Assembly: GCA_963825165.1 (NCBI GenBank)
Contig: CAWGRY010000001.1
Coordinates: 1,384-65,383 of the forward strand
Length of the DNA stretch: 64,000 nt
Direction: 5' to 3'
Source: an uncultured Bacteroidales bacterium
GTDB lineage: Bacteria > Bacteroidota > Bacteroidia > Bacteroidales > VadinHA17
Made by a program: the position numbers and the translations under genes
Notes under the pieces: model-generated
Databases searched by the model: none
Told to the model about the DNA's origin: nothing
Seen by the model: only the letters and a program-made list of their open reading frames with translations
Part shown: piece after piece, positions 1 through 8,140 of the stretch
Numbering within the stretch: the first letter of the stretch is position 1
Layout: each line of letters begins with the position of its first letter

Positions 1-37
1 GGAGCACAATTCGGAGTAAAGTTTTAAATAATACGCA

Positions 38-329
38 TGCTAACAGGTCGGTATATGCAATTGCCGTCCGGCTGGTTTTTGCGCGCTGATCCGTTAGACC
101 AACACACCAAAACCAGTTGGTGCTTTATCGGCCCGGCTTTGCGGTTAAAGCCGCCGGGCAAAAACCAGCCAGGCTGCCCCGGCTGCCGCCGGGATCTCCC
201 CTCTGGTGTCATGGTTTTTGCCAACGCGATAAATTTGTAACGAAAAGCACAATCCTACACCACAGCTTACCTGCAAAAACACATGCCACCGCGATACAAG
301 GCAACTGCACATACCGCCAAACGTTAGGC
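38..329 (+). repeat. attC-like site, family A long form (292 bp)
   Basis: R'' TGCTAAC 38-44, then L'' CGGTATATGCAATTGCC. L' GGCAACTGCACATACCG, then R' GTTAGGC 323-329. Carries the ~100-nt CTGGTTTTT...AAAAACCAG arm. Positions 1-322 duplicate 15321-15642. Confidence 0.85.
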
Positions 330-387
330 TTAATAAATCTCGCGAGATTTAGTTAACTTACTGTCATTTAATCTATCACTATTGAGA

Positions 388-1050
388 ATGAACACAAAAC
401 TTATATCATTTTTGATTGTACTGGTTTTAGTAACAATAGAAAAATCAAATGCACAAGATTTTCATTTTGGCATTCTAGGCGGCTTTGATAAGGTTAATAT
501 TCATCAAAAGCCTAAGTTTCCTAATGCAAAAGGGCCGCCATATCGTCCAATGGAATCTTATAATTTTAACTGTTTCATCTCATATAAAAGCAATAGCTTT
601 TGGGGATTTTGTGTTGAACCAGGATTTATTCAAAAGGGAGGCTCCAATGGAGTAAATAATTGCTGCAGATGGGAATTAAATTATTTGCAAATTCCCTTCT
701 CGACAGATATTTACGTATTGCCGAGATTATTTATTTCCATTGGACCAGAAGTTTCCTACCTATTAAGTGCAAAAGCTGTAAATGATTATCCTGGCCACGT
801 GCATACTGATGATATGTCCTCTATTTATAAATATAAATTTGAATTATCTGGTCTTGCAGGCATTAATTTTAGAGTCAACAAAGTTTTAGATATAGGTTTA
901 AGATACAATCATGGATTTACGAATATTGCAAAAATTGATGTAACTATTTTTGATGGTCCTAATTGGTATATTTTTCCGGTAAAGCAAAAAAGTCAATATC
1001 TTCAAATAAGGGTACGCGCTAGACTCTTCAACTTTTCAAAAAGCGCCTAG
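388..1050 (+). CDS. small outer-membrane beta-barrel-like protein (cassette)
   Basis: ATG 388 (the ORF track starts at TTG 382). Signal peptide MNTKLISFLIVLVLVTIEKSNAQ. Gly/aromatic alternating pattern like small Bacteroidota OMP barrels. Confidence 0.5.
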   Translation: MNTKLISFLIVLVLVTIEKSNAQDFHFGILGGFDKVNIHQKPKFPNAKGPPYRPMESYNFNCFISYKSNSFWGFCVEPGFIQKGGSNGVNNCCRWELNYLQIPFSTDIYVLPRLFISIGPEVSYLLSAKAVNDYPGHVHTDDMSSIYKYKFELSGLAGINFRVNKVLDIGLRYNHGFTNIAKIDVTIFDGPNWYIFPVKQKSQYLQIRVRARLFNFSKSA

Positions 1051-1094
1051 ACTAAGACATTGGAAATGATTTTGACGATCTAAAAATTTACTAA

Positions 1095-1485
1095 GCCTAA
1101 CACGGACAATATGGGTAAGTTGCTTGTCACGGTTTTTGCTTTTGCTCCTGCACTCAAGACAAATTTGTAATGGTCGTTGCACCCGGACACGCTCATCTGC
1201 TCTCAATTTAAATCCTGCACCGTGACTAATTTCTGGCTCCGAGACAAATTGTACCGCGACACTGCGCCAGTGCCCGTCACCAAATTTGTAACCGGGGATA
1301 AACTCGCGGCTTCGATCAAACTTGTACCGCGATCTCGCCAGAACGCAATAATATTTGTACCATGACGGCAAAAACACGTGCCATACCCTCCTTGCACCGG
1401 GACAACTTTGTGGCTAAAGTACCAGGTCTCTGCCCGGTGCCCGCGTCGGATAACACAACCTCCCCATATTGCCGGGCCGTTAGGC
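1095..1485 (+). repeat. attC-like site, family B (391 bp)
   Basis: R'' GCCTAAC 1095-1101 plus L'' GGACAATATGGGTAAGTTG. L' CAACCTCCCCATATTGCC plus R' GTTAGGC 1479-1485. Six internal AAnTTTGTA(A/C)C motifs. Confidence 0.8.
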
Positions 1486-1505
1486 ACAATAATAAAACAT
1501 ATCAA

Positions 1506-2201
1506 ATGAAGAGAGCTTTATCTATCATTATCATATCAATAGCATGGCTATCAGGCTATTCCCAATCCTGTAGCTGTCCTGATTTTGAATTTTCATCCTC
1601 AGAGAACTTGCCTATTATAAATATCAAAAGTGGTCAAAGCCAACTTATAGTCTGTGGTTATAGTAATGTTGATCTTGACTGCGGTTTTATATCAGGAGTT
1701 TTTCAAAAAAACTCCTCAGTTTACCTAAGTGGATTTAACGTGTTTTCTTGCACCGACAAGCCTACTTCAATAATATACTTTGGAGAATTAAATGCCTATA
1801 AATTAAGACCATATAAGAATTACCTTATCATTGATTTGATTTTAAACTTACCTATTGGCAAGGATTTAAGCTATGAGTACACCTCATTGATAAGATATCG
1901 GATTTCAAAACAGCAAGACAAATGGATATTAAGTAAACCACAAGTCGTTTTGGATTATAGTGCTTTAACAGACTTTGATTTCTTTAAGATAAAAAAGGAT
2001 CTCGGTTGGGATAAAATGTATCCTGAGTTTATGTTTCCCCGAAATGAAGCCTACGAAGAAAATAAGATTATGTATGCTTTCATTGTAGCCTTGAAGAACT
2101 ATCCAAAGTATAATCAGGATTTTACCAACCTAGGTAACTTTGATGGCTATCTTGTTGAGTTACACAATGAGTTGAAACAAATTCTTATTGAAATAGAATA
2201 A
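1506..2201 (+). CDS. hypothetical secreted protein (cassette)
   Basis: ATG 1506 is the first start outside the preceding repeat (track start 1362 lies inside the repeat). Signal peptide MKRALSIIIISIAWLSGYSQ. Confidence 0.5.
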   Translation: MKRALSIIIISIAWLSGYSQSCSCPDFEFSSSENLPIINIKSGQSQLIVCGYSNVDLDCGFISGVFQKNSSVYLSGFNVFSCTDKPTSIIYFGELNAYKLRPYKNYLIIDLILNLPIGKDLSYEYTSLIRYRISKQQDKWILSKPQVVLDYSALTDFDFFKIKKDLGWDKMYPEFMFPRNEAYEENKIMYAFIVALKNYPKYNQDFTNLGNFDGYLVELHNELKQILIEIE

Positions 2202-2208
2202 TTACTGT

Positions 2209-2451
2209 GCCTAACAGGTCGGTATATGCAATTGCCTTCCACGCCAGGACAACTTTAAAGCCACCACAACAGATTTTTACTGTCTGGCGTGGGCTGGCCC
2301 CGCTGCTACGGGGCACTCCCCTATGGTGTCATGGTTTTTGCTAACGCGATAAATTTGTAACGAAAAGCACAATCCTACACCACAGCTTACCTGCAAAAAC
2401 GCATGCCACCACGATGCTGCGGCAACTGCACATACCGCCGGAACGTTAGCT
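2209..2451 (+). repeat. attC-like site, family A (243 bp)
   Basis: R'' GCCTAAC 2209; R' GTTAGCT 2445; same L''/L' boxes as 38-329. Confidence 0.85.
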
Positions 2452-2458
2452 GCAAGCG

Positions 2459-2538
2459 GATGTTACGTAATAAATTATAAAATATGTTACGTATGTGAAA
2501 ATAATTACGTATATTTGCAGTAAATAAATCACGTAGCA
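2459..2538 (+). promoter_or_regulatory. cassette-internal promoter/operator of the vapBC-like module
   Basis: Four TTACGTA-type half-palindromes (GTTACGTAA, GTTACGTAT, ATTACGTAT, TCACGTAG) surround TATATTTG 2510-2517, which matches the Bacteroidota -7 consensus TAnnTTTG. Confidence 0.5.
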
Positions 2539-2787
2539 ATGGATACAAAACTCACACTCAATGTAGACAGCGAATTAGTCCAGAAGGCTAAATCGTACGC
2601 AAAAGACAAAGGGCGTAGCCTTTCTGACCTGGTTGAAATGTATTTCAAAGCTTTAACACACAGAAAAGCTATCAGTGATAACGAGCTGACTCCAAAGGTA
2701 CGGTCTTTACACGGGTCATTTAAAGTGCCTCGGGATTTTGACTATAAGAAAGAATTATCGGATCAGCTGACCAATAAATACCTCTAG
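2539..2787 (+). CDS. antitoxin of PIN-toxin module (VapB-like by position)
   Basis: 82 aa small charged protein. Its stop lies 1 nt before the PIN toxin start. Confidence 0.6.
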   Translation: MDTKLTLNVDSELVQKAKSYAKDKGRSLSDLVEMYFKALTHRKAISDNELTPKVRSLHGSFKVPRDFDYKKELSDQLTNKYL

Positions 2788-2788
2788 A

Positions 2789-3220
2789 ATGGAAAATGTA
2801 TTTATTGACACAGATGTCATTGTTGACTTCCTTATTGATAGAAAACCCTTTTCACTTGAATCTGCCAAAATATTTTCATTGATTGATCAAAAGAAAATCA
2901 AAGGCTGTGTTTCATCCCTTTCATTCAGTAACCTCTATTACGTTCTCAGAAAGCTTGGAACCCACAAAAAGGTTATCAGTAGCCTTCAGGAATTGTCTGA
3001 ATTGGTAGATATTCTGAAAGTTGATAGTGATACAGTTAAGTCTGCGCTTGCCTCGGATTTCAAAGACTTTGAGGATTCAATTCAATATTTTGCAGCTCAA
3101 GAGTATAAAAAGGTAGACTTTATAATCACAAGAAATATTAAAGACTACAAGGATAGTTCTCTACCTGTTATGACACCAGAAACGTTTCTTGTCACATTTG
3201 AAAACACCGCCAGCAGCTAA
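2789..3220 (+). CDS. vapC: PIN-domain ribonuclease toxin (VapC family)
   Basis: 143 aa. N-terminal FIDTDVIVDF acidic motif, DFEDSIQY, IITRN: PIN pattern. Paired with the upstream small ORF. Confidence 0.75.
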   Translation: MENVFIDTDVIVDFLIDRKPFSLESAKIFSLIDQKKIKGCVSSLSFSNLYYVLRKLGTHKKVISSLQELSELVDILKVDSDTVKSALASDFKDFEDSIQYFAAQEYKKVDFIITRNIKDYKDSSLPVMTPETFLVTFENTASS

Positions 3221-3506
3221 CAAAGCGGTATATGCAATTGCCTTCCGGCTGGTTTTTGCGCGCTGATCCGTTAGACCAACACACCAAAACCAGTTGGTGC
3301 TTTATCGGCCCGGCTTTGCGGCTAAAGCCGCCGGGCAAAAACCAGCCAGGCTGCCCCGGCTGCCGCCGGGATCTCCCCTCTGGTGTCATGGTTTTTGCCA
3401 ACGCGATAAATTTGTAACGAAAAGCACAATCCTACACCACAGCTTACCTGCAAAAACACATGCCACCGCGATACAAGGCAACTGCACATACCGCCAAACG
3501 TTAGCT
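3215..3506 (+). repeat. attC-like site, family A long form (292 bp)
   Basis: R'' AGCTAAC 3215 (contains the vapC stop TAA 3218-3220); R' GTTAGCT 3500. Confidence 0.85.
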
Positions 3507-3546
3507 GCAAGGCCATAGCAATCAGCCAGATGCCTCAAACTAATTA

Positions 3547-3987
3547 ATGATGATCAAAAGAACCTTAATAGCAACAATTGTACTACTGACCGTATATGGT
3601 AATGCTCATTCACAAAAAGTTGAAATTCCATATCACAATTGGCCTTATTATAGTTGCTTAAACACTCAGAATCCAGAGAAATTTGTTGTTAACTCAAAGG
3701 AGGGTTTAGAAAAAATCGGACATTGCAGTCATATTAATTTTGATCTTAATAAACATACAATTATCGGCGTATATGGATTTTCATTGGGTGATAGAAAACC
3801 AGAAATCTCTTATAGAATATTAAAAGATTCTGAACTTAAAAAATACAATATAGAAGCGTCAGTTTATTGCGGAAAATGGACATATTTAAGAATTCATCAC
3901 CATAGGTACCGCAAGGTTGTCTTTACTGAAAAACTTGATCCTGATTATTTGATTGATTTCAATGTTCAAGTAATATATGATAAGTGA
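3547..3987 (+). CDS. hypothetical secreted protein (cassette)
   Basis: Signal peptide MMIKRTLIATIVLLTVYGNAHSQ; no recognised domain. Confidence 0.5.
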   Translation: MMIKRTLIATIVLLTVYGNAHSQKVEIPYHNWPYYSCLNTQNPEKFVVNSKEGLEKIGHCSHINFDLNKHTIIGVYGFSLGDRKPEISYRILKDSELKKYNIEASVYCGKWTYLRIHHHRYRKVVFTEKLDPDYLIDFNVQVIYDK

Positions 3988-4001
3988 ATAAAAAGCCCAG
4001 C

Positions 4002-4245
4002 AGCTAACAAAGCGGTATATGCAATTGCCTTCTGTGCCACGAGAATTCTCTGACTAAAGAGGACAGTCTTATGACCGGCGGCACAGGCTGCCCCGGCTGC
4101 AGCCGGGGACTCCCTCCTGGTGTCACGGTTTTTGCCAACGCGATAAATAGGTAACGAAAAGTACAATCCTGCACCACTGCATACCTGCAAAAACTCGTGC
4201 CACCGCGATACAAGGCAACTGACCCATACCGCCGGACCGTTAGGG
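4002..4245 (+). repeat. attC-like site, family A (244 bp)
   Basis: R'' AGCTAAC 4002; R' GTTAGGG 4239. Confidence 0.85.
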
Positions 4246-4517
4246 CTAATAGCTCCGGTTAATAATGTTAAGTAAAAATTGGGGGCAAGCATTTCATCTC
4301 GCTCCCATCTGACTCGCCAACGCGCCGTGATTTATATTAATAGAAATCAGAAAGAGTAATAACAAACCATCAAGCACGAACCGCGATTACCCCCCAACTC
4401 AGCAGTAGTCCTCCGCCTCCAGAAATGTAGTAAAAGCGTTTTGTGTAAGTATAATATCCCTCTTAAAATAATCATTCCCGCATTTATCAATGCTCAACAA
4501 TAAGCCTCCGCTACAAT
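4246..4517 (+). repeat. ORF-less cassette body, copy 1 of 4 (candidate structured RNA or regulatory cassette)
   Basis: No ORF >=60 aa on + strand. Homologous to 7598-7876, 11290-11569 and 12522-12799. Conserved TTGGGGG(G)...CCCCCCAA long-range complement. Confidence 0.6.
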
Positions 4518-4762
4518 CCCTAACAGGGCGGTATAGGTCATTGCCTTCTGTACCGCGAGAATTTTCTGGCTAAAGAGGGCCGGGAAGTGGCCGGCGGTAC
4601 AGGCTGCCCCGGCTGTAGTCGGGGTCTCCCTCATGGTGTCACGGTTTTTGCCAACGCGAAAAATAGGTAACGAAAAGTACAATACAGCACCACAGCATAC
4701 CTGCAAAAACTCGTGCCACCGCGATGCTGCGGCAACTGACCCATACCGCCGGACCGTTACAA
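4518..4762 (+). repeat. attC-like site, family A' variant (245 bp)
   Basis: R'' CCCTAAC 4518 plus L'' CGGTATAGGTCATTGCC. L' GGCAACTGACCCATACCG plus R' GTTACAA 4756. Confidence 0.85.
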
Positions 4763-4812
4763 GTAATTTTTGGCCAACCTAGAGTGATGATTTTGAAACA
4801 AATCTTTGCATT

Positions 4813-5319
4813 ATGAAATACTCAACCATAATCTTGACAGTGATAGTATCTTTAACTGTCCTTACCAATTGTAATAATCGTACTGAAAAATTCTCAATAA
4901 CAGACAGTATCTCAATCACATTGCCCAAGGATATCAAAATCCTCAAATCGGATACCAGTTATAATATACTGGAAGCTACACATAATGGGGACTTAATAAA
5001 CGTCTATAAAGTTTCAATTAACCTGACAGATTCTCTAAGCACTGACCTCAGGAAGCTTGCATTTGTGAATAATATTAATGGGTTCATCAAACCTTTTAAT
5101 TTTAAGAACCTTGATACCACTTTCCTATCTCAAAGTGGTTTAATGCAAAATGATATAAGATTTGAATTTGAAAGCCACGGTAATCAAAAAGAACTTTTTG
5201 GACGTTTTTATGCCACAGGCAAAGACTTCATTGCTATCTGTTATCAGATGCCCTTTCCTAGTGACAAAAAATCCTTGAAATTCAAAGACAAGTTTTTCTC
5301 TTTGATTAGACTAGAATAA
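4813..5319 (+). CDS. hypothetical lipoprotein (cassette)
   Basis: MKYSTIILTVIVSLTVLTNC lipobox-like N-terminus. Confidence 0.5.
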   Translation: MKYSTIILTVIVSLTVLTNCNNRTEKFSITDSISITLPKDIKILKSDTSYNILEATHNGDLINVYKVSINLTDSLSTDLRKLAFVNNINGFIKPFNFKNLDTTFLSQSGLMQNDIRFEFESHGNQKELFGRFYATGKDFIAICYQMPFPSDKKSLKFKDKFFSLIRLE

Positions 5320-5326
5320 AAACTAC

Positions 5327-5566
5327 TTGTAACAGGTCGGTATATGCAATTGGCTTCTGCACCGCGAGAAAATTGTGGTCGGCATGAAAAACCTTCAATG
5401 GCGGTGCAGGCCGCCCCGGCTCCCGCCGGGGACTCCCTCCTGGTGTCACGGTTTTTGCCAACGCGAGAATAATGTAATAACCGTATAACCCTGCATCGCA
5501 CCGCGAGTGCAAAAACACGCGCCACCGCGGCTCTGCGCCAACTGCACATACCGCCGAACGTTAGCA
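5327..5566 (+). repeat. attC-like site, family A (240 bp)
   Basis: R'' TTGTAAC 5327; R' GTTAGCA 5560. Helices: P1 5338-5354/5537-5553, P2 5357-5365/5401-5409, P3 5414-5420/5425-5431, P4 5442-5458/5509-5526. Confidence 0.85.
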
Positions 5567-5599
5567 CCAATTTTGGAATACCTAACAAAAAAACTATAT

Positions 5600-5992
5600 A
5601 TGAAATTCCCTGCTGCAAACGTCTCATTGAAAGATTGGGATCCTAATGAGGATTATCTTCTTTATGTTCTAATGGACCCTTTTTACTGTCGATCCGAGAA
5701 TGAATTTTACAGAACGTATTACCATAATCAAAAATATGTTGACTCGAATGGTGAAGTATACAAGGTAATTGATAAAAAACCTCCAAAATCATTATTAAGA
5801 AATATTTTCAGATTTCTTCCAGGGGTTTACAAAGTTGAGTTGATATTCTCTAATACAGGAGAAAAAATGGGACTTGCTGAGGTAAAAGAATTCATCCTAA
5901 AACAGGTTAAAAAAATAGAAGATGAAAATGCATCGGAATGGATTGATAATATAAAAAAGGCTAAATCAATTCAAGAGGTATTGGGAGGCTAA
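5600..5992 (+). CDS. hypothetical cytoplasmic protein (cassette)
   Basis: ATG 5600 is the first start downstream of the repeat (track start 5507 is inside the repeat). No signal peptide. Confidence 0.45.
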   Translation: MKFPAANVSLKDWDPNEDYLLYVLMDPFYCRSENEFYRTYYHNQKYVDSNGEVYKVIDKKPPKSLLRNIFRFLPGVYKVELIFSNTGEKMGLAEVKEFILKQVKKIEDENASEWIDNIKKAKSIQEVLGG

Positions 5993-6001
5993 TAAAACTG
6001 G

Positions 6002-6244
6002 TGCTAACAGGTCGGTATATGCAATTGCCGCTCCGCACCGCGAGAATCTTCTGGCCAAAGGGGATCGTTAAGTGGTCAGCGGTGCGGCCCGCCCCGGCTC
6101 CCGCCGGGGACTCCCTCCTGGTGTCACGGTTTTTGCCAACGCGAGAATAAACAACTAACAGCATAATCCTGCACCGCACCACGACTGCAAAAACGCGTGC
6201 CGCCGCGACTCTGCGCCAACAACACATACCGCCGAACGTTATGG
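6002..6244 (+). repeat. attC-like site, family A (243 bp)
   Basis: R'' TGCTAAC 6002; R' GTTATGG 6238. Confidence 0.85.
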
Positions 6245-6289
6245 GCCATTCGGAGTTAGCTCTCAATTAATTATCAAAATCCAAATTAA

Positions 6290-7354
6290 ATGGAACAAGG
6301 ATCAGTTTATTTGGTAATCCATTTCCCTAAGAACTTTCCCATTGGTATTGACCATCAAATAGAGTTAATCTCATCGCCGGTTAAAGACGCAACTTTTAAA
6401 ATTTATGCCTTTCCTGACGGGCATTTGAAAATAGTGGTACAAGAAAACAACATTGTGTATTCATCTTTTGAATCACAACCTATTAGGTTCCTTTCAGACA
6501 ATAATAGAATCATTTCATATATCTGGAACGGTCCTACTGCTTCATTTAAAATTAACATGTCTCCTATTGGATCAAAAGAAATATCAGAACTATTGATAAT
6601 TCAAGATAAAGAACGCCCAAATGTGCAGGTAAATCAAGAAAATGAATTTGACTCAGTTAATCTTAAAAAATGTGTTCAATTTCGCAATGAGATGTTCAAT
6701 CCTAGTAAAACATTTGCAAAACCAGACCGAAGAGCAAAAACAGAGCAAGAGCAAGTACTCGAATTATACAACCTATCCAAAAGCTTAGAACACAACTTTA
6801 CAGAATGGTCTTCAGGGGAAAGTTATTTAATAATCACTATTTTATCCTTACTGAGAAGCCTTCTTTGCCATAAAAAAGTAATCAAGACATCTGACAAGTT
6901 GATATATAATCCACTGTTGTTCAGGATTGCTTCGTATAAATCCCTTTCGCTTCCAGTCTATGCTGATCCAGTAAATAGACAAATTCCACAGAATATGTTG
7001 GACATTTCGGAAAACACCCTATCACATCTGGTTTTCAATGTCCCCTCATTAACCAAGACTTCCAGGACACAAGTATTGATGGATTTTCAAGAATGGTTAA
7101 ATGGAGAAATTCTGATTGTTTATAAAGATAAAGAAGCCATTTTTTATTCAATTAATCAGTTATTATTAGAAAGTTCAAACACAATTGGTGGTGGACACTT
7201 TGATCCCACTATTCCATTAAATATTGATTATTTGAGAAATACATCAAGCTTCTCAATAGATGTTATTAATAGAATTGCTGCCATAACATCTGATCTAAGT
7301 ATACACTTTTGCAACCTAGTACTCTCCCATTTTAAAGCTATTGAAGAAAGTTAA
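6290..7354 (+). CDS. orphan 354-aa cytoplasmic protein (cassette)
   Basis: Long uninterrupted ORF filling the cassette. No signal peptide and no motif I recognise. Confidence 0.55.
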   Translation: MEQGSVYLVIHFPKNFPIGIDHQIELISSPVKDATFKIYAFPDGHLKIVVQENNIVYSSFESQPIRFLSDNNRIISYIWNGPTASFKINMSPIGSKEISELLIIQDKERPNVQVNQENEFDSVNLKKCVQFRNEMFNPSKTFAKPDRRAKTEQEQVLELYNLSKSLEHNFTEWSSGESYLIITILSLLRSLLCHKKVIKTSDKLIYNPLLFRIASYKSLSLPVYADPVNRQIPQNMLDISENTLSHLVFNVPSLTKTSRTQVLMDFQEWLNGEILIVYKDKEAIFYSINQLLLESSNTIGGGHFDPTIPLNIDYLRNTSSFSIDVINRIAAITSDLSIHFCNLVLSHFKAIEES

Positions 7355-7375
7355 AACAAGTCACAAAAGAACGGC

Positions 7376-7597
7376 CCATAACAGGTCGGTATATGCAATT
7401 GCCTTCCGGCCAGCGGGACAAACATCAAGGTAGAAACCTTCCTATTCCCGCTGCCCGGGCCACCACACTTGGTGTCATGGTTTTTGCCAACGCGATAAAT
7501 TTGTAACGAAAAGCACAATCCTACACCGCAGTATACCTGCAAAAACTCATGCCACCGCGATACTGCGGCAACTGCACATACCGCCGGACCGTTAGGG
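7376..7597 (+). repeat. attC-like site, family A short form (222 bp)
   Basis: R'' CCATAAC 7376; R' GTTAGGG 7591; variable arm CCAGCGGGA...TCCCGCTG. Confidence 0.85.
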
Positions 7598-7876
7598 CTA
7601 ATAGCTCCGGTTAATAAAGTGAAGTAAAAATTGGGGGGCAAGCATTTCATCCCGCTCCCATCTGACTCGCCAACGCGCCGTGACATAGATAAACAGAAAT
7701 CAGAGAGAGTTATAACAAACCATCAAGCACGATCCGCGATTACCCCCCAACTCAGCATTAGTCCTCCGCTTTCAGGGATGTAGTAAAACCGTTTTGTATA
7801 AGTGTAATATCCCTCTTCAAATAATCATTCCCGCATTTATCAATGACCCGCATCAACAATAGTCCTCCGCTACAAT
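7598..7876 (+). repeat. ORF-less cassette body, copy 2 of 4
   Basis: Homologous to 4246-4517. TTGGGGGG 7631-7638 is complementary to CCCCCCAA 7743-7750. Confidence 0.6.
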
Positions 7877-8120
7877 CCCTAACAGGGCGGTATAGGTCAT
7901 TGCCTTCTGTGCCGCGAGAATCTTCTGACTAAAGGGGACCGCTCTGTGGCCGGCGGTACAGGCTGCCCCGGCTGCAGCCGGGGTCTCCCTCTTGGTGTCA
8001 TGGTTTTTGCCACCGCGGTAAATTTGTAACGAAAAACATAATCTGACACCACAGTTTGCCTGCAAAAACACATGCCACCGCGATGCTGCGGCAACTGACC
8101 CATACCGCCAAACGTTAGCA
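7877..8120 (+). repeat. attC-like site, family A' (244 bp)
   Basis: R'' CCCTAAC 7877; R' GTTAGCA 8114. Confidence 0.85.
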
Positions 8121-8140
8121 CACATTATAAAACTGCCCAA

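Noticed and set aside
24-356. Overlapping 60-80 aa ORFs on both strands inside the GC-rich repeats. Examples are MAKTMTPEGRSRRQPGQPGWFLPGG... at 24-224(-), 3192-3401(-), 14338-14547(-), 15344-15544(-) and 26785-26994(-), and MVLYRPGFA.KA.GQKPARLPRLPPGSPLWCHGFCQRDKF... on the + strand.
   Set aside because: They exist only because the repeats are GC-rich and poor in stop codons. They overlap each other on both strands and change frame or disappear in repeat variants. The conservation pattern is of paired helices with compensatory changes, not of codons. The same applies to essentially all ORF-track entries lying within the 39 repeat intervals.
3966-4292. Minus-strand ORFs crossing the ORF-less cassettes (3966-4292 and 7351-7686, ...PNFY.TLLTGAISPNGPAV...) as the real product of that cassette family.
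   Set aside because: These ORFs run out of the cassette body into the upstream repeat. Their starts differ between copies, and no equivalent ORF exists in copies 3 and 4.
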